Shown one piece after another: positions 62,171 to 64,000 of a stretch of 64,000 nucleotides of DNA (within the stretch, counting starts at the first letter, position 1; each line of letters opens with the position of its first letter). Where the stretch lies: the sequence record NC_052661.1; one strand, given 5' to 3'. A program made the translations under genes and the position numbers. The notes beneath the pieces were generated by a model. That model was given only the letters and a program-made list of their open reading frames with translations, was not told the DNA's origin and did no database searches. This DNA comes from Escherichia phage ukendt.

Positions 62171-63202
62171 ATGGCGAAGCCAATATATTATCCTGACTGG
62201 GCTACACAAACTGTAACGCTCCCAGGAACTTTAAACACAAACAAAATTAGACCTAAAGAAACTATCCGCACAGTCGGTATGGACTATGGTCAGATCATGA
62301 CTTGCGAAGAAATGAACTGGATTCTTAATAATATCGGTTTGTGGATTCGTTATTTGGTTGATGATTTTATTCCTACTTTGCCTGATACTTACTTGCCTTT
62401 AGTGGGAACTAAGATTACAATGGCTGGTGATGCTACTGGTGAGGCTACTTGGAATGGTAATAAAGAAGTTATTTTATCTATACAAGTTCAAGATAACAGC
62501 CATAATCACTTATCGGCAAACATTACAGACGCTACTAGTTCAATAGTAAAACCAAATGTATTGGTAAAACGTGATGCAGGTGGTGCTATTTACGGTGGTG
62601 ATATTTATGTTAATGGCACTTCCACAACAGATCCTGCAACCCTGTTCTTCAAAAACTTTGCAGGACAAACAAATGGTGAGATTTCTGCCGAGTATCAAAC
62701 CGGAGGCCAGCTTTACATCTATCGTAGAAATCCTAGCACAGGTGGCGTTGCGGCTGGCGTTCGTTTATATGATGCTGGTTATGTTCTAATTGACAATCCA
62801 AGATCGAATAGTGGACAAGATACTTCAAACGGAAACGCTTTGGTCCGCTTAGATTATTTGAACTCTCGTTTAAGCTCTCTTCAAAATACATTACAAACAA
62901 ACATTAACAGTGTTCAAAATAATTTGAATAATGTTAATAGCAATTTAAATTCTCGTATTGATAATTTGCAAAACAGCTTACAAAGTCAGATAAACTCGCT
63001 TCAAAGTCAAGTGAATGCACGTGTAACGGCAGTTCGTATTAATGGACGTATTCAGTTAGGTGTATCAGAATCCCCTTACTATGCTGGTCACGTTATGACT
63101 GGTTGGGCTTTCGGTGATAAGAAAGAACTTCGTGGTGCTTCTTATTGGTCTGGTCCATTGCAGTACTATGTAAATGGTAGATGGGTAACAGTAAGCTACT
63201 AA
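62171..63202 (+). CDS. tail fibre protein
   Basis: 343 aa; repetitive N/S/Q-rich coiled coil NSVQNNLNNVNSNLNSRIDNLQNSLQSQINSLQSQVNAR. Confidence 0.55.
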   Translation: MAKPIYYPDWATQTVTLPGTLNTNKIRPKETIRTVGMDYGQIMTCEEMNWILNNIGLWIRYLVDDFIPTLPDTYLPLVGTKITMAGDATGEATWNGNKEVILSIQVQDNSHNHLSANITDATSSIVKPNVLVKRDAGGAIYGGDIYVNGTSTTDPATLFFKNFAGQTNGEISAEYQTGGQLYIYRRNPSTGGVAAGVRLYDAGYVLIDNPRSNSGQDTSNGNALVRLDYLNSRLSSLQNTLQTNINSVQNNLNNVNSNLNSRIDNLQNSLQSQINSLQSQVNARVTAVRINGRIQLGVSESPYYAGHVMTGWAFGDKKELRGASYWSGPLQYYVNGRWVTVSY

Positions 63203-63217
63203 GTAGGAGAATAAATA

Positions 63218-63757
63218 ATGAATATTGTTTACGATGGTTTTGAACTATATACTCCAGAACCTAATGAAGAGACGCTCTTTTTAATTGGTTTAGGGGTAGG
63301 ATTTTTAAGAGATTCCTCTGGCAGGGATTGGTATGATTTATCGAAAGAGTTAGATGCTAAGTATCCTGATGCATATTTTGTTAGTTTAAATACTGATAAC
63401 TTAGTCTTAGGTGTAGGGGAAGATGCAGTAGGATTATTCCCCCACAATATGCGTGTTGTTGTTACAGATAACGTTCCAAAAGGTATGGCTGAATACCCAA
63501 GACAATGGAGATATAATGGAACAACTTTTGAAAAACATAACACTTGGACGCAAGAAGATGTGGATACTACACTAGAGACAGAATTGACGTGGGCTGGAAA
63601 CCAAATAGGTGCTTTGACAGATTTGCAAGAGTTACAAGGTTTGTCAGAGGAACAAGAAAAATGGTTAAAAGCTGTTAAGTTATATCGAGCATCTTTAGTT
63701 TTGTTAGATCTGAAAGACTTGAACAACATTCAATGGCCCGATAGACCTACTCAGTAA
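63218..63757 (+). CDS. tail fibre assembly chaperone (Tfa-like)
   Basis: 179 aa immediately after fibre gene. Confidence 0.55.
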   Translation: MNIVYDGFELYTPEPNEETLFLIGLGVGFLRDSSGRDWYDLSKELDAKYPDAYFVSLNTDNLVLGVGEDAVGLFPHNMRVVVTDNVPKGMAEYPRQWRYNGTTFEKHNTWTQEDVDTTLETELTWAGNQIGALTDLQELQGLSEEQEKWLKAVKLYRASLVLLDLKDLNNIQWPDRPTQ

Positions 63758-63767
63758 GGGATACAGT

Positions 63768-64000
63768 ATGGAATTTCAAGAAGCATGGGGACTTGCCAAG
63801 GATGCAATCATCCCTTTAATCGGAGTCATCTGGTTCTTTTTCAAACAAAAAATGGATAAATTCGGCTCTGATCTTGAGGAAATGGAGGAGAAAAGTCGAG
63901 AGCTAGAGAAGAAGTTGGTCTTTGTTGAATCAACTTATGCAACTAAAGCCGAACTTACCCAGATGCTAAATCAAATTAACTCTACATTAATGGCAAATAA
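63768..64000 (+). CDS. membrane-anchored coiled-coil protein (partial, runs off window)
   Basis: SD AAGGGA; N-terminal TM AIIPLIGVIWFFF then coiled coil; no stop before window end. Confidence 0.4.
   Translation, partial: MEFQEAWGLAKDAIIPLIGVIWFFFKQKMDKFGSDLEEMEEKSRELEKKLVFVESTYATKAELTQMLNQINSTLMAN

Noticed and set aside
1-64000. CRISPR array, integrase or lysogeny module
   Set aside because: No regularly spaced direct repeats of CRISPR type and no integrase- or repressor-like ORF were seen; the window looks like a strictly lytic phage.

Overview
This window reads as part of a virulent tailed dsDNA phage (myovirus-type) genome from a Gram-negative, probably enterobacterial, host; no integrase or repressor was seen. 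It is AT-rich by eye and tightly packed, with strong Shine-Dalgarno sites and many ATGA/TAATG start-stop overlaps. Nothing was computed or searched: calls rest on motifs read by eye from the six-frame translations and on manual folding, and coordinates I derived by hand may be off by 1-2 nt. Layout: (i) 31..28290, minus strand: early/middle genes, including class Ia ribonucleotide reductase (nrdA/nrdB), a glutaredoxin, a ThyX-like protein, MazG-like and HAD-like nucleotide hydrolases, PhoH, a T4-type lysozyme, an HslV-like protease, a small Dam-like methyltransferase, an HNH endonuclease, a DEDD exonuclease, and about 25 small unknown ORFs. Two unusual modules sit here: a complete dTDP-L-rhamnose operon (rmlB-A-C-D) embedded in the nucleotide-metabolism block, and a three-gene RNA-repair cassette (metallophosphoesterase, Rnl1-type RNA ligase, Pnk-type kinase) next to a second ligase-like gene. 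(ii) 28291..28772: divergent control region with GTAC repeats, a 40-bp pure A/T tract and a GATCTATAGATC palindrome. (iii) 29752..31672, plus strand: array of 12 tRNA genes plus 2 degenerate tRNA-like elements, including a class-II tRNA carrying an Asn anticodon (GUU). (iv) 31880..64000, plus strand: late genes, with an overlapped spanin pair, a large terminase whose Walker A motif is split by a 159-aa mini-intein, a lambda-like head module, a P2/Mu-like contractile tail and baseplate, and an ~8.5-kb block of three large carbohydrate-enzyme-like tail proteins followed by ~480 bp with no ORF. The RNA-repair cassette plus tRNA array, and the phage-borne rml operon, are the best candidates for a little-described system.
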